NCBI GenBank assembly: GCA_049513715.1
Contig: JBEKVV010000003.1
Span: 416,001 to 480,000, forward strand
Origin: Candidatus Bathyarchaeia archaeon
Lineage (GTDB): Archaea > Thermoproteota > Bathyarchaeia > 40CM-2-53-6
Length of the DNA stretch: 64,000 nucleotides
Direction: 5' to 3'
A model generated the notes under the pieces. That model saw nothing but the letters and a program-made list of their open reading frames with translations, was not told where the DNA came from and made no database searches. Numbering within the stretch: position 1 is the stretch's first letter; every line of letters starts with the position of its first letter. Made by a program: the position numbers and the translations under genes. Below, one piece after another: positions 37,202-47,934 of this stretch.

Positions 37202-38641
37202 TTACGAAGTTAGCCAATTCGAGTGAAATTCACCCGGCCTGTCTATCCGTTCATATCCGTGGGCTCCGAACAGATCTCGCATCGCTTGAATCAAGTTCGC
37301 TGGCAACCGTTCACTTCGATATCCGTCATAATAATCCAATGAAGCAGCGATCGCGGGAACCGGCACAGAAGCATCTTTAGCAATTTTCACGGTATCGCGC
37401 CACCTTTCCTCCAAGCTCATCAATACACCAGAGATTTTGGAATCCATCATTATGTTTTGCAGTCCGCTCTTTGCTTTCAAAGCCTGGTTAATCGAATCCA
37501 AGAGCTTTGCCCGAATGATGCAGCCCCCCTTCCAGATACGCGCAACCTCAGCAAATGGAACTCGGTATTCGTAGGTTTCAGATGCACCTCGCATCAAATG
37601 AAAGCCTTGAGCGTATGACACAACAATTGATGCGCGAACAGCGCCTTCCAATCTCTCCACGAAATTCGCAGGCGCTGAATTAGCCGCCTTAGCCGCTTTC
37701 AATATCTTCGAAGCAATAACACGCTCCTCCTTCAAGGAGGATAAGTTGCGTGCAGCTACGGCTGCGTCGATCGTTGGGGTCGGGATTCCTAGATCCAAGG
37801 CGTTTTGAGATGTCCACTTTCCCGTTCCTTTTTGCTTCGCACGATCAAGAATCAGTGAAACCAAAGGGCGCTTGGTTTCCTCGTCATATTTCTTCAGAAC
37901 TTCAGCGCCGATCTGCATAAGAAACGAGTTGAGCTCGCTATTGTTCCATTCGCTGAAGACCTGTTGAACCTGTTCAACACTGAGCCCGGCGGCTCGGATC
38001 AGAAGGTCGTAGGCTTCCGCGATTATCTGCATGATTGCGTACTCGATTCCGTTGTGAACCATTTTCACGTAGTGTCCTGCGCCTCGTGGTCCAAGGAGTT
38101 GGCAGCACGGTCCATCGACTTGGGCTGCGATTCGGGCTAGCATCTGACTGACTTGCTCATAGCCTTCCCTTGATCCCCCCGCCATGATACATGGCCCTTT
38201 GAGGGCTCCCTCCTCACCGCCGCTAACGCCAACTCCCAGGTAGTGAACACCTTGCTTTGCGAGCTCGCTGCATCGCCTTTCAGTGTCCTGGAAAAACGAA
38301 TTCCCTCCATCCATAACCACATCTCCCCTTGAAAGGAGGTTCGAGAAGCTAGCTATGGTTGCGTCCACCGCGGACCCCGCAGCAACCATGAGGAAAATCT
38401 TTCGCGGGCGTTCAAGGGATTTGATGAAATCTGGGACGCTGTATGTTCCCGAGAATTCGGGATACTTGCTCACAAAGTCCTTCGTTTTCTGCTCGGTTCT
38501 GTTGTATACGGCGACGGAGTATCCATGGTTGTTGAAATTCAGGGCCAAGTTCTGCCCCATCACTCCCAACCCAACTAGGCCCACGTTTTTGTCGCGCAAT
38601 TCTGTCAACCCGGATGTCATTATGTTGGGCCGGAGCCTCAA
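37202..38641 (-). CDS. gnd: 6-phosphogluconate dehydrogenase, decarboxylating (long form)
   Basis: GLGVMG, VSGGEEGA, KMVHNGIEY, KGTGKWT, QAMRDLFGAH. Confidence 0.95.
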   Translation of the reverse strand: MRLRPNIMTSGLTELRDKNVGLVGLGVMGQNLALNFNNHGYSVAVYNRTEQKTKDFVSKYPEFSGTYSVPDFIKSLERPRKIFLMVAAGSAVDATIASFSNLLSRGDVVMDGGNSFFQDTERRCSELAKQGVHYLGVGVSGGEEGALKGPCIMAGGSREGYEQVSQMLARIAAQVDGPCCQLLGPRGAGHYVKMVHNGIEYAIMQIIAEAYDLLIRAAGLSVEQVQQVFSEWNNSELNSFLMQIGAEVLKKYDEETKRPLVSLILDRAKQKGTGKWTSQNALDLGIPTPTIDAAVAARNLSSLKEERVIASKILKAAKAANSAPANFVERLEGAVRASIVVSYAQGFHLMRGASETYEYRVPFAEVARIWKGGCIIRAKLLDSINQALKAKSGLQNIMMDSKISGVLMSLEERWRDTVKIAKDASVPVPAIAASLDYYDGYRSERLPANLIQAMRDLFGAHGYERIDRPGEFHSNWLTS

Positions 38642-38714
38642 AAAGTCGTATGCTGCGGCGTGCTCTGTAACTTTGGGTATTGAAAACCTAGATCAGGCTG
38701 TGTGGGTGCCCGCC

Positions 38715-39881
38715 TTACTTTGACCGCCTACTGCGTCGGTTCCTCGCGGACGGAGTGCGCTTTCGAGTCTTCTTCTGTTGCGCTTTCTGTGCGGGGGAAG
38801 TCACTTTTTGAGGAATGTCGCCCCGTGGCCGAAGACCCTTGCGCGCCATGACGTATGCTACGGCGGCGAGGATCATGATCCCGACCAGAATTGCTATTGG
38901 AAGAGTGTAGTCTGCCTGCCATTGCGCCGTTAGTGTGTGGGGGTGGTCCATTGTAACTGCGCCAGCAATTGATGAGGTTACGAGTTTTCCGTTCTCATAC
39001 CAACCCTGGAACTGCAGTTTGCCACCAAGTAACCCAAGAAACCCGCCCATGGGCTCAGTCGGTGCAACCGCGAATGCTGCAGCGGAACCAGAATCGTACC
39101 ACCCTTCCCCGGTTGCTTCCGACTGGGGACCAGTAATTGTCAATTGGTACTGTTCAACATAGAATGCTTGAATCATAGTATCTGACTCAATCGTTGCCGT
39201 CATGTTCGGTTTGGTTGTTCCATCACTCCAATGATCGAACTTCAACCTCGTCGCGTTGTCCACATTAACAAACGCTGGCACTGTGATGTTGTGTTCTCCC
39301 CCTGTCGTTACGATTTTTGCGGTTCCAAGAGGTTGTTGTACGCCATCAACCAAAGCAGGTACTTGGGGTGGAACAACTACCGTTAACGTTAATCCAGTGA
39401 TAGTGATTGAGAGATTGACTGTGCTCACCGATTTCTGAATCAGGTTATTCTTAGAATCGAATACTGCCGCGGTCATGTTGAGATTCCATGCCCCCGGGTT
39501 GATTTGGGGCTGGTCAGCCAGTATACCCCCGACTTTGAACTCGAGCTGCTCCTGGCCAGAGCGTGATGAAGGGTTGATGTCGCAACTTGCCATCAGAACT
39601 GGCTGGTTGAAGCATGGGTCAGATTGAGAAGTTGCGATTCCAGCTACAATCGACTGCGGAACTTTGCCCGCATCGAGCACTGCGACCACTAAGGTAGAAT
39701 CGGGAGGTACATCTTGGTAGGATACTGTGGCCTTCACTGATAATGGGGTGAGGCTGCCTGCGACGATGGTCGAATCGTAAGTGAGGTCGGTTATGCTTGT
39801 GGTCTGCGCGTAGGCATGAGGAAGCGCTAGGGTGAGCGGGAGGAATAGGAGGCAAATTAGCAGAACCTTTGCTGATCTCAA
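38715..39881 (-). CDS. Cell-surface protein with B-repeat-like domain and C-terminal TM anchor
   Basis: Signal peptide, FDHWSDG, GEGWYDSG, FQGW, TM + basic tail. Confidence 0.75.
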   Translation of the reverse strand: MRSAKVLLICLLFLPLTLALPHAYAQTTSITDLTYDSTIVAGSLTPLSVKATVSYQDVPPDSTLVVAVLDAGKVPQSIVAGIATSQSDPCFNQPVLMASCDINPSSRSGQEQLEFKVGGILADQPQINPGAWNLNMTAAVFDSKNNLIQKSVSTVNLSITITGLTLTVVVPPQVPALVDGVQQPLGTAKIVTTGGEHNITVPAFVNVDNATRLKFDHWSDGTTKPNMTATIESDTMIQAFYVEQYQLTITGPQSEATGEGWYDSGSAAAFAVAPTEPMGGFLGLLGGKLQFQGWYENGKLVTSSIAGAVTMDHPHTLTAQWQADYTLPIAILVGIMILAAVAYVMARKGLRPRGDIPQKVTSPAQKAQQKKTRKRTPSARNRRSRRSK

Positions 39882-40033
39882 GCCTGGTCCATCGAACCAA
39901 CCAGGTAATGCAACAAAAGAGTTGCGGAAAGACGCTGCACTGCGCTCTCAGGAGCGTTTCCCGCGGGACCAGAGGGTTCTCGGTACCTGTTGCTCCTGTG
40001 TGCTGTTTCGGCTTTTCTGTCGAGATTTGGTTT

Positions 40034-42832
40034 CTAGAGTCGGCCGCAGATTTTCTTGGATACTATTGCTGAGGATATGAAGAGTGTCGATAACACGACT
40101 GTTGTAGTGGAGATTATGAGTGCGGGTTGTGACGAAAACAGCTCACCAAACAGGAGAGTCACCAAGCCGCCAAATAGCATGGCAGCGAGCGCTCTCTCAA
40201 GCATCCTCTGGCCCTTCCAATTGCGGAGGCGCCGAATCTTAATCCTTAGTACACCTATTGGTAGTCCCAGGTAGAAGGCGCCGATTAGAGAACTTGCGAG
40301 CAGGCCGGATAGTAGTACAGCAAGCTCGGGGTAGGAAGAGGTTGCTGAGAACAGGTTCGATGTTAGGTATAGGATTCCAATGAGCGGGTAGAGGACGCCT
40401 TTCATTACGGTTTGTTCAACCCAGTGCGTGTTCAAGTAGGCAGCAAGGTTGGGGCTAAAGGAATAGTACCATGCGTTGAATGCGATCATGAAGTTGGACC
40501 CGGATTTGGTCTTCATGATTGAATTATCACGGAAGTTCCGAAGCAACTGAACTTCAGGTGCTACTTCTGAGCCATATGTTGCTGTGGCGATGATACATTT
40601 TGGCGCAGCAGAAGCCGCGATCGTTAATCCGACATTGACGTTGTGAGATAGCGACCCGCTAGACCCCGTCACTTGGAGAGTGAATGTGCCTGTTGAAGAT
40701 GATGAAGTAGTGGTTACCGTGAGGGTTGAGGTTGCACTGGATCCTGAGGGCGGCGTTACAGGAGAGGGAAGGGTGACTGAGACACCAGATGGTGCGCTCC
40801 CGACCCAAGAATAAGCTAGCGTTACTGCGGAGCTGAAGCCGTTGGCAGACCCAACATCAACCGCTGATGTTCCGCTTAATCCCTGATTTATTGAGATAGA
40901 TGTTGGGTTAGCTGAGATGGTGAAGTCTGGGGTCACCACTGGGGCCGTAATCGTGATTGTGAGAGACTGAGAATGAGTCAGGCTCCCGCTGGTTCCCCCG
41001 ACACTGATAGTTCCAACCGCCGCAGAAGTCCCTGTGTCAACGCTGACCGTAATGGTCGATGGCACGCTTCCCCCAGACGGTGGCGTAACAGTAGTCGACG
41101 AGAATGAAACATGCACACCGCTAGGCAACACTCCCGTCGTGCTGAGGGCAACAGCGGAATTGAAGCCTCCAATTGAGGTTACGGTCGCCGTATCTGTAAC
41201 AGACGCGCCCGCTGCCACACTAACGCCGGGTGCACTTAGCGACAATGAGAAGTCTGCCCCAGGAGTCACAACCAACGTGAAAGCGGCAGTATGAGTTGCC
41301 GAGCCATCTGTTCCACTCACAGTAATTGGGTAAGACGCGGTCGGAACACTTGATGCCACGCTGACCGTTAATGTGGCTGAGTTAGTGCCGCCTCCCGGAA
41401 TATTGATCGGGTTGGAGCTGAAGCTTGAAAAAGTTACGCCAGCAGGAACCGAGCCTGTCACCGACAATGTGATGGATCCCGAATAACTCAGAACAGATGT
41501 TCCAGTAATTGTTACACTCCCAGAAGCACCTTGTGCGACTGAAACACTTGGCGGCGAAGCGCTTAGTCCGAAATCAGGGGTTGTACTAGTTATTCTGGCG
41601 ACTTTGTTCGCGCCAGCCTCCAATACCCATGTGTTGCCTGACGAATCAACAATGACGTCATGGGGCTGGCTCGCAGAGGCTAATGCGTACTCATTGAATT
41701 GGCCATTGGGAACTCCTGTAGTGGGGCTAGTTGCTGGGGCTACGACGTTTGTTGATCCTGCAACAGGAGCAGATGTAACTGGTGGAAGCCCAAGTGGGCC
41801 TCCGCCTGAGAGTGAAGTCGTTGGAGGAGCCGCGACTACGGTCCCGCCACTTGATGGGTCGAGTTCAGCTACCCTAGCGTTATTTGCACCAGTTGAATCT
41901 TCTCCAATCCAAGGATGTTGAGTCAACTGGTTAGTGCTAATCAACCTGGGGTCAGAGCCAATGGTAGGCACCTGCCACTCTTTGATCGTGTTATCGCCCC
42001 TCAGCACTCCAACGTAATTGTCGCTTCCAGTTGCACTCGTCACTCCTTGAGTGTACCATGGCTGGCCAAGAGCATCGAAAGCGAGGAAACGTCCTCCGGC
42101 CGAACCGTGACTTGGAAGAGGCCAGACAGAGTACTGCCCTGAGGCCCTATCCCACCTAACAAGCCCGGAAGTCCCGGCATACCAAACTGAACCGGCTCCA
42201 GCGTAGACGCCGTTTGCACCGTTTACCCCTGCTGGGAACGTGTCTTCATAGAGCGTTACAGCTCCCGTACCCGGATCGTAGATTGCCTCACCGTTGGCAT
42301 TCCGGAGAATCTCAGTAAACCTTACTCTGACGTAAGTCCCAGTGTATGGTTCGATGGAAACGTACTCAGCGCCGGAATTCACATGCGGCAGAGAATATTC
42401 CCTGAAGACTCCAGTCCCGGGGAGGAAAACGAATACCTTGTCCTTGGCGAATTCTGTTCCCCACACTTCCAAAGAACCGGAAACACTCGTCGTGGCAATA
42501 CCGTACGGGTTTGCCCCTGCCGTCGGAATGGTCCATTCTTGGAACGTGCCGGTTGAAGGATCAAAATGCGCCACATTGTTTCCGAAAAATTCAAGAAACC
42601 AGCAACAATTTCCACTTGGATCTAAAGCCAAGCCCCAAGGGCCGCTGTTCGGTGTCGGGACCGTCCATTCGGTCAATGTGGCGGGGCCAGGTGGAGCGTA
42701 TACTGGGCGTATGGATGTCGTCCATATTCCCACTGTCGCTGTTGATATGAGGAAGAGCGAGAGAATGAGTAATGCTTGCCCGAAAGTCTTCGGGTTCTTC
42801 GCTGCATGATGCCACCTAGACACCGAATCCAT
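40034..42832 (-). CDS. Surface protein: Vgb-like beta-propeller, three Ig-like repeats, CFI-box-CTERM domain
   Basis: EWTVPT..P.GL repeats; three DFxLS repeats; CIIATATYGS..LRNFRD..YYSFSP. Confidence 0.8.
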   Translation of the reverse strand: MDSVSRWHHAAKNPKTFGQALLILSLFLISTATVGIWTTSIRPVYAPPGPATLTEWTVPTPNSGPWGLALDPSGNCCWFLEFFGNNVAHFDPSTGTFQEWTIPTAGANPYGIATTSVSGSLEVWGTEFAKDKVFVFLPGTGVFREYSLPHVNSGAEYVSIEPYTGTYVRVRFTEILRNANGEAIYDPGTGAVTLYEDTFPAGVNGANGVYAGAGSVWYAGTSGLVRWDRASGQYSVWPLPSHGSAGGRFLAFDALGQPWYTQGVTSATGSDNYVGVLRGDNTIKEWQVPTIGSDPRLISTNQLTQHPWIGEDSTGANNARVAELDPSSGGTVVAAPPTTSLSGGGPLGLPPVTSAPVAGSTNVVAPATSPTTGVPNGQFNEYALASASQPHDVIVDSSGNTWVLEAGANKVARITSTTPDFGLSASPPSVSVAQGASGSVTITGTSVLSYSGSITLSVTGSVPAGVTFSSFSSNPINIPGGGTNSATLTVSVASSVPTASYPITVSGTDGSATHTAAFTLVVTPGADFSLSLSAPGVSVAAGASVTDTATVTSIGGFNSAVALSTTGVLPSGVHVSFSSTTVTPPSGGSVPSTITVSVDTGTSAAVGTISVGGTSGSLTHSQSLTITITAPVVTPDFTISANPTSISINQGLSGTSAVDVGSANGFSSAVTLAYSWVGSAPSGVSVTLPSPVTPPSGSSATSTLTVTTTSSSSTGTFTLQVTGSSGSLSHNVNVGLTIAASAAPKCIIATATYGSEVAPEVQLLRNFRDNSIMKTKSGSNFMIAFNAWYYSFSPNLAAYLNTHWVEQTVMKGVLYPLIGILYLTSNLFSATSSYPELAVLLSGLLASSLIGAFYLGLPIGVLRIKIRRLRNWKGQRMLERALAAMLFGGLVTLLFGELFSSQPALIISTTTVVLSTLFISSAIVSKKICGRL

Positions 42833-42905
42833 ACTAGAACACGATAGAAAGTATGTAGAGTGATGCCTATTTCATGGTTTCCATCCGTTCACCATACAAT
42901 CCACG

Positions 42906-43901
42906 CTACCAGCTCCCAACATCTACGCGTTTCCCGAACCGAGAAATGAGAGCAGACCGAGACTTTGTAGCGTAACCAACCTCCACCGCCTCCGGCAGCA
43001 ACGCCTTCAGTCGCTTTGCTGCACGCATTGGAGACACTATAAGGAACCCGATTCCCATGTTGAAGGTGCGGTACATCTCTCGGTCAGAGATATGGCCTCT
43101 GTACTGAATCTGCTGGAATATCGACTGGGGGTTGGGTAAACTATCCAGCATAAACCCCACTCGTGACCGTAAGCCGATTCTCTTGAGTTTGGAATATGCT
43201 CCTCCAGTGATGTGGGCCAACGCATGTACCTCGACTCTCGACCTCACAAGCCTCAAAACAGGATCCACGTAGATGCGTGTTGGACGCAATAGTTCTCGCA
43301 AGACCTGCGGGTCGACTCTCTTAGTTAGAAGCACCTTCCGGGCAAGGGTTAAGCCGTTGCTGTGGATGCCACTGCTTCGCAGCCCAAAGATCACATCCCC
43401 CGGCTCTATCTGCTCGCCAGTGATGAGACTATCTTTTCGCACGAGTCCTATGACCATTGCAGCCAAGTCGAAGCCTTTCACAACATCAGGCATTATGGCC
43501 GTTTCTCCGGACACGATTGCGACGCCCGCTTCTCGCGCTCCTCGCTGCAATCCCCTGATTATTTGTGTCACGAGTTCGGGCCGCGTTTTCTCGAGTGCCA
43601 GATAATCCACGAGGGCTAAGGGCTCGGCTCCGAGGCAGATGACGTCATTCACGTTCATCGCGACGCAGTCAATGCCAATTGTATCGTACTTGTGGCAGGC
43701 TTCAGCTACGAGGACCTTTGTTCCGACACCGTCAGCGTGCAAAGCGAGAGCGTAACCCTGCCCAATATCGATCAAGCCAGCATAGTGCTGCCTAACGCCA
43801 AGAACCTGTCCCATTTTTCCTCTCCGAGTCTGAAACGTCTTTGACAGAATTCCGTTGATGGTGTCATGGATTTTCGAAATTTCACCTATGTCAATGCCCA
43901 C
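42906..43901 (-). CDS. purM: AIR synthetase
   Basis: DGVGTK, DCVAMNVND, GETA, SSGIHSNG, HITGG, RTFNMGIG. Confidence 0.95.
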   Translation of the reverse strand: MGIDIGEISKIHDTINGILSKTFQTRRGKMGQVLGVRQHYAGLIDIGQGYALALHADGVGTKVLVAEACHKYDTIGIDCVAMNVNDVICLGAEPLALVDYLALEKTRPELVTQIIRGLQRGAREAGVAIVSGETAIMPDVVKGFDLAAMVIGLVRKDSLITGEQIEPGDVIFGLRSSGIHSNGLTLARKVLLTKRVDPQVLRELLRPTRIYVDPVLRLVRSRVEVHALAHITGGAYSKLKRIGLRSRVGFMLDSLPNPQSIFQQIQYRGHISDREMYRTFNMGIGFLIVSPMRAAKRLKALLPEAVEVGYATKSRSALISRFGKRVDVGSW

Positions 43902-43934
43902 TTGGGCGTAGGTTTTAGGCGACCTGGTTCACTC

Positions 43935-44330
43935 TCACTTTGAAGCATCGAGAATTCTCTTTGCTAGATGTGCCGCGTTCTCAGCGGAGTCGATGCCGAC
44001 CGCGCAGACGGGGACCCCACGCGGCATTTGAACGATTGAAAGAAGTGAATCCAAGCCTCCCAAAGCTTTGTTCACTGGCACACCAATAACGGGTTTTTCT
44101 GTTCTTGAAGCGATGAAGCCCGGCAAATGGGCGGCGAGACCTGCGATCGCGATGAAGACCTTGGCTTTGCTTGAAGCCAAATAGGCCTCTAGCTTTTTCG
44201 GATCCCGGTGGGCTGACAAGATCTGTGTTTCATGAGAGACACCGAGTTCGTCTAATGTCTGCTCCGCTCGTTTAGCTATCTCCAAATCGCTTTTCGAGCC
44301 TATCACGATAGAAACCGCAACATCAACCAT
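43935..44330 (-). CDS. purE: N5-CAIR mutase / AIR carboxylase
   Basis: [28 protein letters not shown]. Confidence 0.95.
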   Translation of the reverse strand: MVDVAVSIVIGSKSDLEIAKRAEQTLDELGVSHETQILSAHRDPKKLEAYLASSKAKVFIAIAGLAAHLPGFIASRTEKPVIGVPVNKALGGLDSLLSIVQMPRGVPVCAVGIDSAENAAHLAKRILDASK

Positions 44331-44351
44331 ACTTCATCATCTCTCAACTCA

Positions 44352-45089
44352 TCAAGTCGAAGTAATTGCTCCTACCATTTGGTATTCGATGAATCGTTCC
44401 TGCCTCCGATTCCAATCCTCTTCCCAGTTGTCGCTCCAATCAATTACAACCCTGCCTTCGCTCACCTTGAGCCGCTCGTCCGCGTGAAGTTGAATCGCCT
44501 TCGAGTAAGTGCGGTGTTCCTGGATGAGGATGCGTTTGGCGAGGGTTTCCGGAGTATCGGTAGTATTCACGGGTACTGTGGTTTGAATTATGGTTGGGCC
44601 GCCGTCGACACTTTCGTCGACATAATGAATTGTGCACCCGGACTCTTTCTCTCCAGCTCGCAAGACCGCTTCATGAACGTGTTCACCATACATTCCTCGC
44701 CCCCCGAACTTCACTAAATCCTTCGCGGGATGAATGTTCATGATTCGCCACCTGAACGCCTGCACAACCGTAGAACCAAGTACCTGCGTGAAACCCGCGA
44801 GGGCGATAAGATCAATGTGATACCGTTGTAGAACAGCAACCGCCTTCGTGTCGAATTCCGTTCGGGCCTTCTCCCGGTCTTCCTTGCTAGCGAACTTCCT
44901 CCCCACGATGCCTTCCAGGAACTCGATAGGTATTGAGTTTCCTTTAGCGACCTCGACCACTGGAGTCGTCCTATCGTTGATCATGAGCAGAGCGACCTCG
45001 ACATTCCTCAGAACTTCAAGCCGAGCATGGTCGATTATGGCGCGGAAGTTGGAGCCTCTGCCTGAAGCAAAGACCGCGAGCCTCTTCAT
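44352..45089 (-). CDS. purN: GAR formyltransferase (folate-dependent)
   Basis: ASGRGSN, LAGF, NIHP, SGCTIHYVDESVDGGP. Confidence 0.95.
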   Translation of the reverse strand: MKRLAVFASGRGSNFRAIIDHARLEVLRNVEVALLMINDRTTPVVEVAKGNSIPIEFLEGIVGRKFASKEDREKARTEFDTKAVAVLQRYHIDLIALAGFTQVLGSTVVQAFRWRIMNIHPAKDLVKFGGRGMYGEHVHEAVLRAGEKESGCTIHYVDESVDGGPTIIQTTVPVNTTDTPETLAKRILIQEHRTYSKAIQLHADERLKVSEGRVVIDWSDNWEEDWNRRQERFIEYQMVGAITST

Positions 45090-46486
45090 GCAATCCCCGC
45101 TTGAAGAGGTGGATTCACACGACCATTTGTCTCTAATGATTTCACGTGTTCAATCCGCTTTCGGATTAAGCTTGTAGTCCCAATGTCTCGCCTATGCCTC
45201 AGTGGGCCCGTAATATAGGACGTTGCAGCCTCAGCCAACCTTTCGGCCGATTCAATAGTCTCCCCGAAACCAACCACTCCTACGGTCCTTGACTTTGCAG
45301 TCACAATATGACTGTTCTTGATGTCGACGCTGGCGTAGAAGACTGACGCACCTTCTCTTCGGATAGCTATCTCGTCCACTTGGATCTCTTGGTCTGGGGC
45401 AGCATTGTCGGGGTAGCCTTTTGGTACCAAGTACTTGCAGACCGAGGCTTTCGAATCAAATGAAACATGTTTCGTGGAAAGATTTCCACCTGCGATTCTC
45501 TCACAAACATCTGCAAAGTCAGTTCTAAGGAGTGGAAGAACATTCATTGCCTCAGGATCTCCGAACCGGCAGTTGAACTCAATTAGCTTAGGGCTAGGCT
45601 TCTTCTCATTCAAACTACGAGTAAGCATGAATTGCCCATAGAGGATACCGTGATACTCTTCACTTGTCTCTTTCTTCAGTGCTCGAACAACGTTCGCCAT
45701 GATCTGTGAGCTGGCCTCCAAATCCTTCCGGGTCACGAACGGAAGCAAATGATCGCGGTCACTGTAGCTGCCCATTCCGCCCGTGTTTGGCCCCGAATCA
45801 CCGTCGTACGCTCGTTTGTGGTCTTGGACGAGCGGCATCACATGAACATCGTGCCCATCAACGAAGGCTTGAACGGAATACTCTTCGCCGTCAAGCCTCT
45901 CCTCTACAATGAGTTTTGCAACACCGCCCGGTTTGCTCTGAAGAACTTGTCTAGCGTACTCTACCTCGGCTTCCTTGCTCGGAAGATCTATGCCAGAAAC
46001 CTTCACTCCCTTACCGCCCGTCAAACCAGCAGGCTTGATTGCAATGGGCCCCGCGGTTTTGATGAACGCTTCTGCGGAATTGGCGCCTGTGAAGATTCGA
46101 AAGAACGGGTTGCCGGGGATCTCGTATTTATCTAATAGCTCTCTGCAAAATGCCTTGTCGCCTTCTAGGGAAGCGAGTTTCTTCGTTGGCCCCACGCACC
46201 TTACCCCTGCTTTGATCAACTCATCGACGACACCAGTCACGAGCGGCCCTTCAGGCCCAATTACAGCCAACTCTACTTTCGTTCGCGTCGCGTAATCCGC
46301 CACCGCCTGTGGGTCGTTAATTTTCATAGTGGTTGCTGATTTGGCCAGCTTAATGATCCCCGGGTTGCGCGAAGTCATGGCTGCATACAATTCGACACTG
46401 GCCGACCTCGACAGGGAGGCGGCGATTGCGTGCTCTCTTCCGCCTGAGCCTACGAGCAGGACTCGTGTCAATGTTCCATCTCCCAA
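45086..46486 (-). CDS. purD: GAR synthetase
   Basis: GSGGREHA, GPE, QDHKR, GPNTGGMG, EFNCRFGDPE. Confidence 0.96.
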   Translation of the reverse strand: MGDGTLTRVLLVGSGGREHAIAASLSRSASVELYAAMTSRNPGIIKLAKSATTMKINDPQAVADYATRTKVELAVIGPEGPLVTGVVDELIKAGVRCVGPTKKLASLEGDKAFCRELLDKYEIPGNPFFRIFTGANSAEAFIKTAGPIAIKPAGLTGGKGVKVSGIDLPSKEAEVEYARQVLQSKPGGVAKLIVEERLDGEEYSVQAFVDGHDVHVMPLVQDHKRAYDGDSGPNTGGMGSYSDRDHLLPFVTRKDLEASSQIMANVVRALKKETSEEYHGILYGQFMLTRSLNEKKPSPKLIEFNCRFGDPEAMNVLPLLRTDFADVCERIAGGNLSTKHVSFDSKASVCKYLVPKGYPDNAAPDQEIQVDEIAIRREGASVFYASVDIKNSHIVTAKSRTVGVVGFGETIESAERLAEAATSYITGPLRHRRDIGTTSLIRKRIEHVKSLETNGRVNPPLQAGIA

Positions 46487-47934
46487 TATCGTACAGTTGG
46501 ACTTGGAGGATTTGTTCGCATGTCATCTGCGATTCTTTGGGCCAGTGATGTCGGGTACACTCCGGTCAGGCAGGCTAGACACATCTCTTGCTTCGGAAGT
46601 CCGATCGCGTCGAGCAAACCCTCGATTGTCTGATAGCAGAGTTCATCAGCGCCGACTGTTTTCCGGATTTCCTCAACAGATTTGCTTGAAGCAATCAGCT
46701 CTGCGTAAGAGGCCATATCGATGCCATAGAAGCAAGGTGATTTGATGGGGGGGCATGTCACCCATACTTCAATGCGTCTTGCGCCTGCCTCTTTCAGTAG
46801 GTTAACGATCTTTCGCATCGTGGTTCCGCGCACAATACTATCATCCACCAGAAGGATGTTCTTGCCCTCAACAACAGCACGCACGGCGTTCAATTTGAGC
46901 CGCACAGCATTATCCCGGCCTTCCTGACGGGGCATGATGAAGGTCCGCCCGACGTAGCGATTTTTGATGAGCCCTTCCAAGACAGGGATACCTGTTTCAC
47001 ATGAGATTCCCTCGCCAGCAGGGCGGGCAGTGTCTGGGACAGGGACGATTACGTCTGCGTGTGTCTTGTAGGTTCTAGCAAGATTTCGGCCGAGCCTTAT
47101 CCTAACCGAGTAAACACCCTTGTCATCGATTGTTGAGTCCGGCCGACTGAAGTAGACGTATTCGAACATGCAGCGAGAATAACTGCTCCGCTGCACAAGC
47201 TTGGTTCTGGAGAGTGGTTCCCCTTCGCGCACGACAACCAACTCTCCCGGTTTAACGTTCACGTGTTCATGTATTCCATTCACGTCGAGTGCAACACTCT
47301 CAGAAGCGAACATAACTAGTCCATCTGACTGGCCAAAACAGAGAGGGCGAAAACCGTTCGGGTCGCGAAAGGCGATTAGCTCTCCGTTTCCGGTTAGGGC
47401 AACAACTGAGTAAGCACCTTCGAATTTTGAGATGCAATTTCCAACAGCTTTCTCGATGTTGCCTCCATCAGAGAGCGCGTTGGCTAGAGTTTTGAGCATA
47501 ACCTCAGCATCGCAAGTGGCAGAGAGGAAAGTGCCGTTCGAACGCATATCCTTGCAGAGTGCAGGGAAGTTCACAAGGTTGCCGTTATGGCAAAGCGCCA
47601 TGCCACCTTTGGGTCTGTCAGAGAAGTATGGTTGCGCAAATTCCTCGATTCTCTGGGGGTCCGCAAGTGTTCTCTGATCTGCGGGTTGACCCACGGTAGA
47701 ATATCTCACATGTCCGATACCAACACTGCCTCGAATGTCTTGAAACTCCTCAATGTTGTCCACGAGGCCGAGCTGTTTTCTGTGGTGGAATAGGCCCTTG
47801 TCGACGGTGAAGATCCCAAAGGCCTCTTGGCCACGGTGTTGGAGCGCGAGAAGACCAAGCCAAATGTTATGGTTAACATCACCATTCGAGCGCATGGCTC
47901 CAATGACGCCACAACTTTCCCTTACCTCGGCCAA
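46468..47934 (-). CDS. purF: Amidophosphoribosyltransferase
   Basis: ESCGV, QHRGQE, GHVRYST, VDDSIVRGTT. Confidence 0.96.
   Translation of the reverse strand: MAEVRESCGVIGAMRSNGDVNHNIWLGLLALQHRGQEAFGIFTVDKGLFHHRKQLGLVDNIEEFQDIRGSVGIGHVRYSTVGQPADQRTLADPQRIEEFAQPYFSDRPKGGMALCHNGNLVNFPALCKDMRSNGTFLSATCDAEVMLKTLANALSDGGNIEKAVGNCISKFEGAYSVVALTGNGELIAFRDPNGFRPLCFGQSDGLVMFASESVALDVNGIHEHVNVKPGELVVVREGEPLSRTKLVQRSSYSRCMFEYVYFSRPDSTIDDKGVYSVRIRLGRNLARTYKTHADVIVPVPDTARPAGEGISCETGIPVLEGLIKNRYVGRTFIMPRQEGRDNAVRLKLNAVRAVVEGKNILLVDDSIVRGTTMRKIVNLLKEAGARRIEVWVTCPPIKSPCFYGIDMASYAELIASSKSVEEIRKTVGADELCYQTIEGLLDAIGLPKQEMCLACLTGVYPTSLAQRIADDMRTNPPSPTVRYWEMEH

Noticed and set aside
43902..43937. PurE-PurM readthrough fusion (same frame)
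   Set aside because: It would need readthrough of two TGA codons; no supporting signal was seen.
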